Assembly (NCBI GenBank): GCA_037441725.1
Contig: JBBIRT010000002.1
Span: 2,111 to 55,560, forward strand
Direction: 5' to 3'
DNA from: Deltaproteobacteria bacterium
GTDB lineage: Bacteria; Desulfobacterota; BSN033; UBA1163
DNA: 53,450 bases
Made by a program: the position numbers and the translations under genes. This document shows, piece after piece, positions 40,996 to 49,614 of the stretch. The notes beneath the pieces were generated by a model. It saw only the letters and a list, made by a program, of their open reading frames with translations, ran no database searches and was not told the DNA's origin. The first letter of the stretch is position 1; the number at the start of each line of letters is the position of its first letter.

Positions 40996-41649
40996 ATGAA
41001 AAAAGTAAAGTTCAAAAAGTTCAAATCCACTTTGTGGATAATTCAACTTTTAGAGGTGAGCTTGATCATCTGCATCATTCTCTTTGAGGGACAGTCTAAG
41101 GCAGAAGAAATCAAAGAAGGAAATCGTCTTTTTTTCTTTGATCAAGAGAAGAGCACTCTCTCTTTTTCAGCCACCTCGACATTGCATCCAGTAAAGGGAA
41201 AAGTAACCCGTTTCTTGGGAAAAATTATGTTCTTCCCGATGAATAATCGATCCCCTGGAAATGTGATCCTAAATATTGAGGCATCGAGCCTTGATACAAA
41301 CCATGAGAGTCGGGATAAAAAGGTTAAGGATAATTGCCTTGAAATTAATCGATTTCCATTGATCCAATTTAAATCCATCGAAATCCTCAACAAAGAGGGA
41401 AACTTTTCTCCTGGGCAAAGGGGTTGTGCGGAAGTAATAGGGATCCTTCACCTTCATGGTATTCAAAAGGAAATTTCGTTCCCTGTTGATTACACCTATA
41501 ACAAAACCTCCCTTCATGTGAGCGGAAGAGTAACGATAAAAAGGTCTGATTTTCAAATCCCAGAACCGAAATTCCTATTTCTCCGTGTCAAAGACGAGAT
41601 CGAGATTGAATTTGACATTCATGCCTTTCCTTACTCAAATCCATCATGA
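40996..41649 (+). CDS. YceI-family (polyisoprenoid-binding) periplasmic protein
   Basis: Signal/anchor sequence, then the YceI pattern STLSFSATSTLHPVKGKVTRFLGKIMF ... SRDKKVKDNCLEINRFPLIQFKS. Confidence 0.85.
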   Translation: MKKVKFKKFKSTLWIIQLLEVSLIICIILFEGQSKAEEIKEGNRLFFFDQEKSTLSFSATSTLHPVKGKVTRFLGKIMFFPMNNRSPGNVILNIEASSLDTNHESRDKKVKDNCLEINRFPLIQFKSIEILNKEGNFSPGQRGCAEVIGILHLHGIQKEISFPVDYTYNKTSLHVSGRVTIKRSDFQIPEPKFLFLRVKDEIEIEFDIHAFPYSNPS

Positions 41650-42040
41650 AAAATATTTTAGATGGACGGATCGATATCAATCTCAATGAAATAGTTGATT
41701 TTTCTACCCGGCCTGAATGAATTGTTTTAGAGAACAGGGATTGAATGATCTCCTTTTCTAACGGACTTATTTCCGTTGAGTATCTCAACCATTGTCTTCT
41801 TCTCGTCCATTTCAATTATTCCACCCTAACCCTTTTACCACCTTTTATAGCAATATTCTCGGTTCTTTATCTAAGAATTTTATTTGAATTTAAGCAGTAG
41901 CCTTTGTTCAAACAATCGTTAGCATTATCATATGGACCCTCTTAAAAAAACTAACTCATCCCTGGTTAAGCATTGATTCTTTCTAACAGGGGTAAAGGTT
42001 GCATTCCATTATCCTTTCGACTACCCTTCATATTAAATCA

Positions 42041-42054
42041 TTGACTTAAGTCAA
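42041..42054. promoter_or_regulatory. FNR/FixK/DNR-type box TTGACTTAAGTCAA (TTGA-N6-TCAA)
   Basis: Perfect 14-bp palindrome. Its centre is 29.5 nt upstream of a consensus TATAAT (42077-82), which is class II (-41.5) geometry for the 42147 gene. Confidence 0.6.
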
Positions 42055-42146
42055 AGAAAATCTAAGGGTAATGGGATATAATAAAAATAAATGAATCAAT
42101 GGAGGAAGAATCCTCAAATCAAATGAAAAGGGAGGTTTGAACAACA

Positions 42147-42590
42147 ATGACCCACGAATACGCTGGAAAGTATGCTTTGAAACATCCACCCGGTACAAGG
42201 CCGAATGAAGGGATTGCCAAGGTGGTCAGAGAAAGGTCTTCGGGCGGCGAACTCGCTTGTGGAATGGCTGAAAGGATTGCAAAAGAGCTTAATGTTAGTA
42301 TCTCGGAGGTGGGGCTGACCGCCGATTTACTGGAGATAAAAATCAAAAAATGTCAGCTTGGCCTCTTTGGCTGGGGAAATAAACCAAACCATGGCAAGGA
42401 CATCCATCTGGCCGATTCTGTCCCCTTTGAGATGAAGCGTGCCCTTGATGGAGTTACCGAAAAGGGCAGGGTAACCTGTGCTTCGGTTTGGGCGATTGCT
42501 GATCGTCTTGGCATAGAGCGAAAGGTGGTTTCTACTGCCTGTGAAACTTTAGGATTAAAGATCATAAGGTGCCAGCTCGGTACATTCTAA
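42147..42590 (+). CDS. Hypothetical protein with an internal tandem duplication, each half ending in C-QLG-x-F
   Basis: 147 aa. ACGMAERIAKELNVSISEVGLTADLLEIKIKKCQLGLF aligns with CASVWAIADRLGIERKVVSTACETLGLKIIRCQLGTF. Strong RBS GGGAGG. Confidence 0.7.
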   Translation: MTHEYAGKYALKHPPGTRPNEGIAKVVRERSSGGELACGMAERIAKELNVSISEVGLTADLLEIKIKKCQLGLFGWGNKPNHGKDIHLADSVPFEMKRALDGVTEKGRVTCASVWAIADRLGIERKVVSTACETLGLKIIRCQLGTF

Positions 42591-42661
42591 GCCGAATTTC
42601 TCTGCCCCTATTTAAATTTATCTGTCAGTCGTTCGTATATGACGAGACCTCTGGAAAAAAT

Positions 42662-43705
42662 TTAACGTTTGGGTAACCCAATTGCACTGAGATAGAATAA
42701 TAGCCTTAGTAAAAAATTATTTCTTGAGATTGATTGAGTAATCCAGATCATTCTTCTGACCGTTTTCCTTGAGACCTTCATATCGCCAACTGGCTTATAA
42801 CTTCTTCTCCATATATTCCTTAGGGTAAACATAGCCAATCCAATAGCCCACAGACAGAACTTACGTATCCCTGTCTCTTTTTCAGGGAGAAGGAGTGTAT
42901 AGGTCAGGCCGTTTTTAAGATGTTCATAAGTAATGGCTATGAATTGAGCCACTCCTTTTTTAAATGAATCACAGTCGTATATTTGAGATAGATCTTTTAA
43001 ATAAAATCCACATCTCTCAAAAATATCCCTCGGTAACCAGCAGACCCCACGATCGAAATCCTTCCAAAGATCCTTTAAAATGTTTGTCATCTGCAGACCC
43101 TGACCAAAAGAGACTGCCAGCTTGTTGAGGGTCTCTCTTTTTTGTGCTATCTCCGATGAGTATTCACAAAAAAGATCCGTTAAAAATTCTCCAACAACTC
43201 CAGCTACGTAATAACAGTAATCGTTTAATTCGAATAAGTCCTTAAGGCCTTGATGTTTCTTCCGCAGCTCAAATGCCTCCATCCCTGTACACATCAGCGT
43301 GATGGACCTTTTGAGACCTTCATACTCTCTTGGGTTAAGCTCACGGGTAATACGAATAATCCTTTCGATGTTTTGGATGAGGTTTTTCTCAGGCAAAACA
43401 GTAAGGTTTGAGAGCAGGGGAGCCAACTCGGCTTTAAGAGCTTCAGGGGATGAATGGTCAGAAATGACTTCAACCAATCTGTTGAAGAATTTTCTCTTTT
43501 GATCTATCGTAAATGTATTCTCATCCTCGATCGTATCGGCAATTCTAAATAATAAATAGGCATTTGCGACAACGTTCCGAAGAGTCCCTGGTAACTGAGG
43601 GATGGTAAAGGCGAATGAGCGAGAAACCCCATTAAGTAACTGATGCTGAAAATCAATATCATTGAGTTCTTTATCAGAAGCCAATACCTCTCCCCTAATC
43701 TTCAT
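42662..43705 (-). CDS. Squalene/phytoene synthase family enzyme, eukaryote-type squalene synthase-like
   Basis: First Asp-rich motif YLLFRIADTIEDE (cf. LRALDTVEDD) and second region GQGLQMTNILKDLWKD (cf. LQKTNIIRDYLED). Confidence 0.8.
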   Translation of the reverse strand: MKIRGEVLASDKELNDIDFQHQLLNGVSRSFAFTIPQLPGTLRNVVANAYLLFRIADTIEDENTFTIDQKRKFFNRLVEVISDHSSPEALKAELAPLLSNLTVLPEKNLIQNIERIIRITRELNPREYEGLKRSITLMCTGMEAFELRKKHQGLKDLFELNDYCYYVAGVVGEFLTDLFCEYSSEIAQKRETLNKLAVSFGQGLQMTNILKDLWKDFDRGVCWLPRDIFERCGFYLKDLSQIYDCDSFKKGVAQFIAITYEHLKNGLTYTLLLPEKETGIRKFCLWAIGLAMFTLRNIWRRSYKPVGDMKVSRKTVRRMIWITQSISRNNFLLRLLFYLSAIGLPKR

Positions 43706-43724
43706 CAGTCATCGAGCTAACTTT

Positions 43725-44852
43725 TTATGAAACTTCCTCAGTAGGTTGATAGAGACAGTCAGGCTCTGCAGCAAGGTAATCGCCTGTGACAGCAAATGCA
43801 CGAGCCCTGGAGCCTCCACAGACTTTTCGAAATTCACATCGACCACATTTCCCTTTTAAGGCGTCTGGATTCCGTAAGGCTTTGAAGATTGGAGATTCCT
43901 GATATATCGAAACAATTGAATCCTGAGGGAACCTCCCTGCCTCTATAGGAAGAAAACCACTTGGGAAAATCTGCCCGGTATGGCTGATAAACATACAGCC
44001 ATTCCCATCATTGAGACCAAGGGGACCTCTCTGTATGGGTATAGAGGGGCCCGTTAATTTATTAAATTCTGTTTGGGGATTCCCACCCCTTTGAAGAACA
44101 AATCTCCTGTAATGGGGGGCCTCTGTAGTCTTAATGCTGTAATTCTTTGTCTTCGTATGTTGCCAAAGGAAGCCAAAGATCTCTTCATATTGAGCAGGTT
44201 CAATCCTTTCCTCACTCATCCCTCGACCAATGGGAATGAGAAAGAATACCGACCACAGAGTGATAGGGAAGGAAGAAATAAATTCGGCAATCTCATTAAT
44301 CTGACTAACATTTCGCCTTGAGATAGTGGTATTAATCTGAATCGGAAGACCGATCTGATAAGCACTTTTCACCAAATCTATTGTTTTATCGAAACTTCCA
44401 GAAATTCCACGAATCCCATCGTGGGTCAATGCATCCGCTCCATCCAGTGAAAAAGCAATCCGTTTAAGACCAACCTTTTTAAGCTGTTGAAGGGCTTGGT
44501 CATGAAGGAGAGGGGTTACTGAAGGGGTCATAGCTACCGATAGCCCTGCCTGAGTGGCCCAACGAACAATATCAAAGACATCATCTCTTTTCATTGGGTC
44601 CCCACCGGTCAGGATCAAAGTTGGCTTAAGAGGAAATTGGTTCAGTTGATTAATCAACTCATGACAAAGAGCTCCTTCGATCTCCTCAGGATGGCGATCG
44701 GGTTGGGCTGAGGCCCGGCAGTGCTTGCAAATAAGATCGCAAGCCTGGGTGATCTCCCAAAATACAATAAAAGGACTGTGACGAAAGTCAGATCTATTGT
44801 ATTCTGAAGAGGCCATTGATTTGAGACGCTCATTTGGTTTGGTTCCCTTCAT
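43725..44852 (-). CDS. Radical SAM enzyme with C-terminal SPASM-type auxiliary-cluster domain
   Basis: CDLICKHCRA (CxxxCxxC), GGDPM glycine-rich motif, C-terminal CGRCEFRKVCGGSRARA. RBS AAGGAG. Confidence 0.85.
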   Translation of the reverse strand: MKGTKPNERLKSMASSEYNRSDFRHSPFIVFWEITQACDLICKHCRASAQPDRHPEEIEGALCHELINQLNQFPLKPTLILTGGDPMKRDDVFDIVRWATQAGLSVAMTPSVTPLLHDQALQQLKKVGLKRIAFSLDGADALTHDGIRGISGSFDKTIDLVKSAYQIGLPIQINTTISRRNVSQINEIAEFISSFPITLWSVFFLIPIGRGMSEERIEPAQYEEIFGFLWQHTKTKNYSIKTTEAPHYRRFVLQRGGNPQTEFNKLTGPSIPIQRGPLGLNDGNGCMFISHTGQIFPSGFLPIEAGRFPQDSIVSIYQESPIFKALRNPDALKGKCGRCEFRKVCGGSRARAFAVTGDYLAAEPDCLYQPTEEVS

Positions 44853-44954
44853 GGGAAACGCACTCCTTAACTTCTTTCCTCCTCTTTAAAAACCCATTGA
44901 CCCATTTTAATCATGACTCCCCTCTTATAAAAGATATTATTTTCACGATTAAAT

Positions 44955-44978
44955 TTCCTTGACTTACGTCAAGGAAAT
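44955..44978. promoter_or_regulatory. Extended FNR/FixK/DNR-type box TTTCCTTGAC-TTAC-GTCAAGGAAA
   Basis: Perfect 10-bp arms with core TTGA-N6-TCAA at 44959-72. The centre is 29.5 nt from a minus-strand TATCTT, giving class II geometry for the radical SAM operon. Confidence 0.55.
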
Positions 44979-45064
44979 AATAGGGAATCAAGGCCATCAT
45001 TGATATAAAGATGGACAACCTTTCATTGGAATAAATGATATGATGCCAAAGAAAAAATAAAATT

Positions 45065-45078
45065 TTGATTTAAGTCAA
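45065..45078. promoter_or_regulatory. FNR/FixK/DNR-type box TTGATTTAAGTCAA
   Basis: TTGA-N6-TCAA core. The centre is 29.5 nt upstream of TATGTT (45101-06) on the + strand, giving class II geometry for the RIC-like operon. Confidence 0.55.
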
Positions 45079-45179
45079 GGATATTCCTTTAAAGGTTAGT
45101 TATGTTTAGTATAAAGGGAGGAATAAGTCTTTAGAAAATGATCTATACGCTGATGAGGAGTCATTTCTAAGAGTAGAGG

Positions 45180-46070
45180 GTGATTGGAATGGAACAAAGC
45201 AGGGCGGAAGCTGTTTATTCATTTATAAAAAGATTGAAAAACGATGAATATGAAAGAGGGAGAGAAATGGATCAATATCTCAACACCCCCATTAAGGAGC
45301 TGATTACAAAATTCCCTAAGGTGGGGGAGATCTTGGAGGAATATGAAATTGGTTGTGTCCCTTGTCATGTAGGGTCCTGTCTGCTAAAAGATATTATAGA
45401 AGTTCATAATTTGTCAGAGAAGGAAGAAAAGGAGGTGATGGTTAGGATTTCAAAAATAATCGATCCGGATAAGGTGATTTCTATCCCGGTTGTGGAAAGG
45501 AAGTCCAAGATTAAGTCCAGGGAGATCCACTATTCTCCTCCAATGAGGAAGTTAGTAGACGAACACGCCTTGATTAAAAGATGGATTGCTTTAATTCCAG
45601 AAATTCTTAAGCATTTGGAGGTAGAATTAGAGGGAGGCCTATGGGTGATTTATGATGGCGCTGATTTCATCCGTTCGTATGCAGATCGATTCCACCATGC
45701 CAAAGAAGAGGATATCCTTTTTGAATATTTCGATAGAAACTTGGACATCATCAAAACCATGCTTGAAGATCATGAAAAAGGACGGACTCATGTAAAAGCC
45801 TTGATCGAATCTGCGGATAAGAAGGACATCATGGGTATTTCTCAACACCTTTTAGCCTATCATGATCTTCTCAGCGAACATATCAAGAAAGAGGATGAGA
45901 TTCTTTACCCCTGGATGGATAGAAACCTTTCGATGACTCAAGTGGGTCAGCTTTATTCCAGGTTTAACGAAGTGGACGAGAGAAGTGATATAACTGAGAA
46001 ATACAAGAAATTCATTCTTAATTTAGAAGAAAAATATCAAAGAAAGGAGATAAAAAATGAGAGCATTTGA
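45180..46070 (+). CDS. RIC/YtfE-like protein: CxxC (ScdA_N/DUF1858-type) domain + hemerythrin-like di-iron domain
   Basis: TPIKELITKFPKVGEILEEYEIGCVPCHVGSC, then HHE-type motifs (FHHAKEEDILFEYF, HEKGRTH, HIKKEDEILYPWM). The likely true start is ATG 45267 (RBS GAGGGAG). Confidence 0.75.
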   Translation: MIGMEQSRAEAVYSFIKRLKNDEYERGREMDQYLNTPIKELITKFPKVGEILEEYEIGCVPCHVGSCLLKDIIEVHNLSEKEEKEVMVRISKIIDPDKVISIPVVERKSKIKSREIHYSPPMRKLVDEHALIKRWIALIPEILKHLEVELEGGLWVIYDGADFIRSYADRFHHAKEEDILFEYFDRNLDIIKTMLEDHEKGRTHVKALIESADKKDIMGISQHLLAYHDLLSEHIKKEDEILYPWMDRNLSMTQVGQLYSRFNEVDERSDITEKYKKFILNLEEKYQRKEIKNESI

Positions 46071-46527
46071 AGGTTGCCCAAGTTCAAGAACGATTGATTT
46101 CAGAGAGGAAGGGACCAAAGAAGAAAGCCCCGCCGCAAAGGTGAAATCTGAACTTCGACAATGGCCAATCCAACTTCACTTGATCTCTCCGACAGCTCCT
46201 TATTATCAGGGAACGGATGTATTGTTAACGGCTGACTGTGTAGCCTATGCGATGGGAAGCTTCCATCCAGATTATTTAAAAGGAAAATCGATTGCCATTG
46301 CTTGCCCAAAGCTGGATGAGGGTCAAGAGGTCTATGTGGAAAAAATTAAATCTTGGTTTGGAGAGGCAAAGATCAATACCCTGACGGTATTGACCATGCA
46401 AGTCCCATGCTGCATGGGATTAGTCCATTTGGCCAAAGAAGCCCTGATCAATTCGAAGAGAAAGGTTCCATTGAAGTCCATTGTGGTTAGTCTACAGGGA
46501 GAGATCCTTTCAGAGGAATGGGTATAG
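46057..46527 (+). CDS. Conserved Cys-rich protein (resembles the C-terminal module of ferredoxin-domain proteins seen next to hcp/CODH genes)
   Basis: 156 aa with LRQWPIQLHL, LTADCVAYA, IACPKLDEG, MQVPCCMGL. RBS AAGGAG. 14-nt overlap with the upstream gene. Function unknown. Confidence 0.6.
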   Translation: MRAFEGCPSSRTIDFREEGTKEESPAAKVKSELRQWPIQLHLISPTAPYYQGTDVLLTADCVAYAMGSFHPDYLKGKSIAIACPKLDEGQEVYVEKIKSWFGEAKINTLTVLTMQVPCCMGLVHLAKEALINSKRKVPLKSIVVSLQGEILSEEWV

Positions 46528-46614
46528 AAATCTAATGATTCTTATTAAGTTCTGGTGAATCGTAAGGGAATGGAACAGGGAGGATGAGGGGACCTTAGAA
46601 AGGGAGAATATGGT

Positions 46615-48921
46615 ATGGCTGAACTAAAAGAAATAAACCAGAGATTAGAAGAGATTTATCAGAAGATAAAGGCTGATATTCCATGGGAACCTGTTGGACA
46701 TACCCCGATGCCCGAAACCTCTGATCTCAGGAATTGGGATAGGAGGCTTTTACAAACCTATAAACCCTGGTATGCCCCTTTCTGTGATCTTTGTTGCTTT
46801 TGTACCTACGGAAAATGTGATCTCACTGAGAATAGAAGAGGGGCTTGTGGAATCGATATAGCAACCCAGCAAGGGAGGTGGATGCTTCTCTTCTGTGTCA
46901 TGGGGGCCTCAGCACACACCTCTCATGCTGCCCATATCCTTGACGTACTGATCAAGAAGCATGGACCGGACAAGAGGATTAATTTAGGGAGTTTTGTTGA
47001 TTTAGAAGCGCCTCATATTAGAACCGTTCTGGGATTGAAACCAGAAACCCTCGGTGATTTAAGGATCGCAATTGAATACATCTACAAAGAGATTACCCAC
47101 CTGATCGACTCGACAGCATTCGGTCAGGAGGGAAATCCACTGGATTTTGAATCCAAAGCTCTTCATGCAGGAATGCTTGACCATGTTGGGATGGAAGTAG
47201 CTGACATTGCCCAGATCGTTGGCTTTAACTATCCCACTTCTATTGCGGATACGCCTCTCGTCGATCTCGGATGGGCATCCGTGGATAAGACCAAGCCCAT
47301 TATCTGTTTTGTAGGACATAATCCTGCGACTTCCACCGTTGTGGTCGATTACCTCCAGGAAAATAATCTCTACGACAGGATTGAGCTGTGTGGAATTTGC
47401 TGCACTGCCCTGGAGACCAGCAGATACACATCCAGGATGAGAGTGGTCGGTCCTTTTTCACGTCAGCTTTTCTACATAAGGAGTGGAATTGCAGATGTCA
47501 TTATCACTGATGAACAGTGCATGAGGACGGATATGGTTCAAGAGGCGACAAAGGCTGGCTCTGCCCTCATTGCTACACTCGATAAGGTGATGTATGGCCT
47601 TGAGGATGCAACAGAGAAGGCAACCGATGAAATCCTCAAGGAGATGGTGGAGAAGAAGAAACATTTCGCGATCCTTGATCCCAAAAAGGCTGCTGAGGTA
47701 GCCGTCAAGGTAGCCATCGCCATTGCTCCCCATCGGAGGAAACAATGGATCCTGGACGAGGAGGCACAGGAATTATCAAAAAGATGTAACTTGTGCGGAA
47801 TGTGTGAAACTGCTTGCCCAAATCTCTTTGAGATTGGTCAGGGGATAAGCGAGGTGGCCAAAGGGAACTATGAAGTGATCAAGGATCAATTTAACTATTG
47901 TATTGGTTGTGGAAAATGTGAGGAGGAATGTCCAAGACAGATTCCAATCCTGAAGATCATGCAGGTCGGAGCGAGTAAAGAAACCTATAAGATCAGGGCT
48001 GGCCGTGGCCCAATTATGGATACAGAGATAAGAACAGTTGGAGCCCCAATAACGCTTGGCACCATTCCCGGTGTGGTGGCACTCGTGGGATGTTCAAGCT
48101 ATCCCGATATACGGGACCTTGCTGAAATAGTAGATGAATTTGCAAGAAGAAAATATATCATCTTAGTCTCTGGCTGCACCTCCATGGCGGTTGGGATGTG
48201 GAAGGATGCCGAGGGGAAAACGATCTACGAAAAGTATCCTCCTGTTTTTGATGCTGGAGGCGTTGTGAATGTTGGGGCCTGTGTCGCAAACAGCCACATC
48301 TCTGGAGCGGCTATAAAGATTGCCAATCTATTTGGAACTTTACCCTTAAGAGGAAATTATGAAGTTATTGCAGACTATGTGCTGAATCGAGTCGGGGCAG
48401 TGGGGATCGCTTGGGGGATCTATTCCCAGAAGGCAGAAGCTATCGCATCAGGATTCAATCGATTAGGAGTGCCTGTTATTCTTGGGCCCCATTCCTCTAA
48501 GTATCGACGGCTCTACTTATCAAGGAAAGAGGAGGATGAATGGAAGGTAATGGATGCAAGGAAAAAACAGATCGTTGAAACTGAAGAGCCTTCCCCCGAG
48601 CACCTCGCCTATGTCTGTGAGACAAAGGAAAAGGTCATGGTGATGATTCCGAAGCTCTGTATTCGAAAGAATGACACTCCCCAGGGAAGGGCAATCAAGC
48701 TTAATCATTATATCTCCCTTTATAAGAGATACATGGGAGGAGGTCTCCCCGAAGACCTTCACCTCTATGTTCGGAGGGAGGCAGATATTCCGCTCGTTTA
48801 TAAGAAAGAGGTCAAGGCTTATTTTGCAGAGATAGGCTGGAAACCAAAGGAACCAGTTGGGCTTCCCACTCTTATTGGTACTTATCCAACAAAGGTCCCA
48901 GTAGAATCCGTCATTCATTAA
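46615..48921 (+). CDS. Ni-dependent CO dehydrogenase catalytic subunit, CdhA (archaeal ACDS alpha) type
   Basis: 768 aa. FCDLCCFCTYGKCDL...RGACGID, SKALHAGMLDHVGMEVADIAQ, DKTKPIICFVGHN, CGICCTA, DEQC, inserted 2x[4Fe-4S] (CNLCGMCETACP, CIGCGKCEEECPRQIPIL). Also VSGCTSMAVGMWKD, GACVANSHISGAA, LNRVGAVGIAWG, LGPHSSKYRR. All match my recollection of CdhA. Confidence 0.85.
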   Translation: MAELKEINQRLEEIYQKIKADIPWEPVGHTPMPETSDLRNWDRRLLQTYKPWYAPFCDLCCFCTYGKCDLTENRRGACGIDIATQQGRWMLLFCVMGASAHTSHAAHILDVLIKKHGPDKRINLGSFVDLEAPHIRTVLGLKPETLGDLRIAIEYIYKEITHLIDSTAFGQEGNPLDFESKALHAGMLDHVGMEVADIAQIVGFNYPTSIADTPLVDLGWASVDKTKPIICFVGHNPATSTVVVDYLQENNLYDRIELCGICCTALETSRYTSRMRVVGPFSRQLFYIRSGIADVIITDEQCMRTDMVQEATKAGSALIATLDKVMYGLEDATEKATDEILKEMVEKKKHFAILDPKKAAEVAVKVAIAIAPHRRKQWILDEEAQELSKRCNLCGMCETACPNLFEIGQGISEVAKGNYEVIKDQFNYCIGCGKCEEECPRQIPILKIMQVGASKETYKIRAGRGPIMDTEIRTVGAPITLGTIPGVVALVGCSSYPDIRDLAEIVDEFARRKYIILVSGCTSMAVGMWKDAEGKTIYEKYPPVFDAGGVVNVGACVANSHISGAAIKIANLFGTLPLRGNYEVIADYVLNRVGAVGIAWGIYSQKAEAIASGFNRLGVPVILGPHSSKYRRLYLSRKEEDEWKVMDARKKQIVETEEPSPEHLAYVCETKEKVMVMIPKLCIRKNDTPQGRAIKLNHYISLYKRYMGGGLPEDLHLYVRREADIPLVYKKEVKAYFAEIGWKPKEPVGLPTLIGTYPTKVPVESVIH

Positions 48922-49188
48922 TAAAAGGGGGTCAAAGAAGGAGGGATAGACACCATCCTTATAGATACTTCAATATGTCCATATCAGATAAATAATTATT
49001 GCAAAAGAATAAAGGAAAGATGTAAGCCTTTAAAAGAAGGTTGTGTCCTTTATGGTAAAATGGAGACCCTTGGTTCTAAAGAGGAAATAGAGAAGTGGCA
49101 TATGAAAAAAAATATACGGGGAAGTATGAATAAAAGTCCATTGGAGAAGGGATATTCGTCGCATATGTGCTGAAAGAAAGGGAGTGAG

Positions 49189-49614
49189 ATGAGGGGAGAA
49201 GGACATCAGTTTAATCAATATAGCCAGAAGGTGATTGACCACTTTACAAATCCACGAAATGTTGGGGAGATTGAAGACGCTGATGGGATTGGAGAAGTAG
49301 GAAATCCCGTGTGTGGGGATATGATGCAGCTATTTATTAAGGTCAGGGATGGAAAGATTGCGGATGCAAAATTTAAGACCTTTGGGTGCTGTGCTGCCAT
49401 TGCCACAAGCAGTATGATGACAGAATTGATTAAAGGGAGGACCCTATCCGATCTAAAAGAGATCACCAATAAGGTAGTCACCGAAGCTCTGGATGGTCTA
49501 CCGAAAGTAAAACTTCACTGCTCGGTTTTGGCAGAGGATGCCCTAAAGGCTGCCCTAAAAGATTATTATCAGAAAAAGGGGGAGGAAGAGAATGGAGTAG
49601 AACCTTCTATTTAG
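49189..49614 (+). CDS. iscU: IscU/NifU-N-type Fe-S cluster scaffold
   Basis: 141 aa. NPRNVG, GNPVCGD, FGCCAAIATSS, LHCSVLAEDALKAA. RBS AAGGGAG. Confidence 0.9.
   Translation: MRGEGHQFNQYSQKVIDHFTNPRNVGEIEDADGIGEVGNPVCGDMMQLFIKVRDGKIADAKFKTFGCCAAIATSSMMTELIKGRTLSDLKEITNKVVTEALDGLPKVKLHCSVLAEDALKAALKDYYQKKGEEENGVEPSI

Noticed and set aside
41588-41815. 75-aa minus-strand ORF after the YceI gene
   Set aside because: It overlaps the 3' end of the YceI gene antisense, has no RBS and matches no family.
49060-49173. 37-aa ORF (METLGSKEEIEKWH...) between the CODH gene and iscU
   Set aside because: It has no RBS and no recognisable motif. It is likely chance in a 267-bp spacer, though the spacer itself is unexplained.
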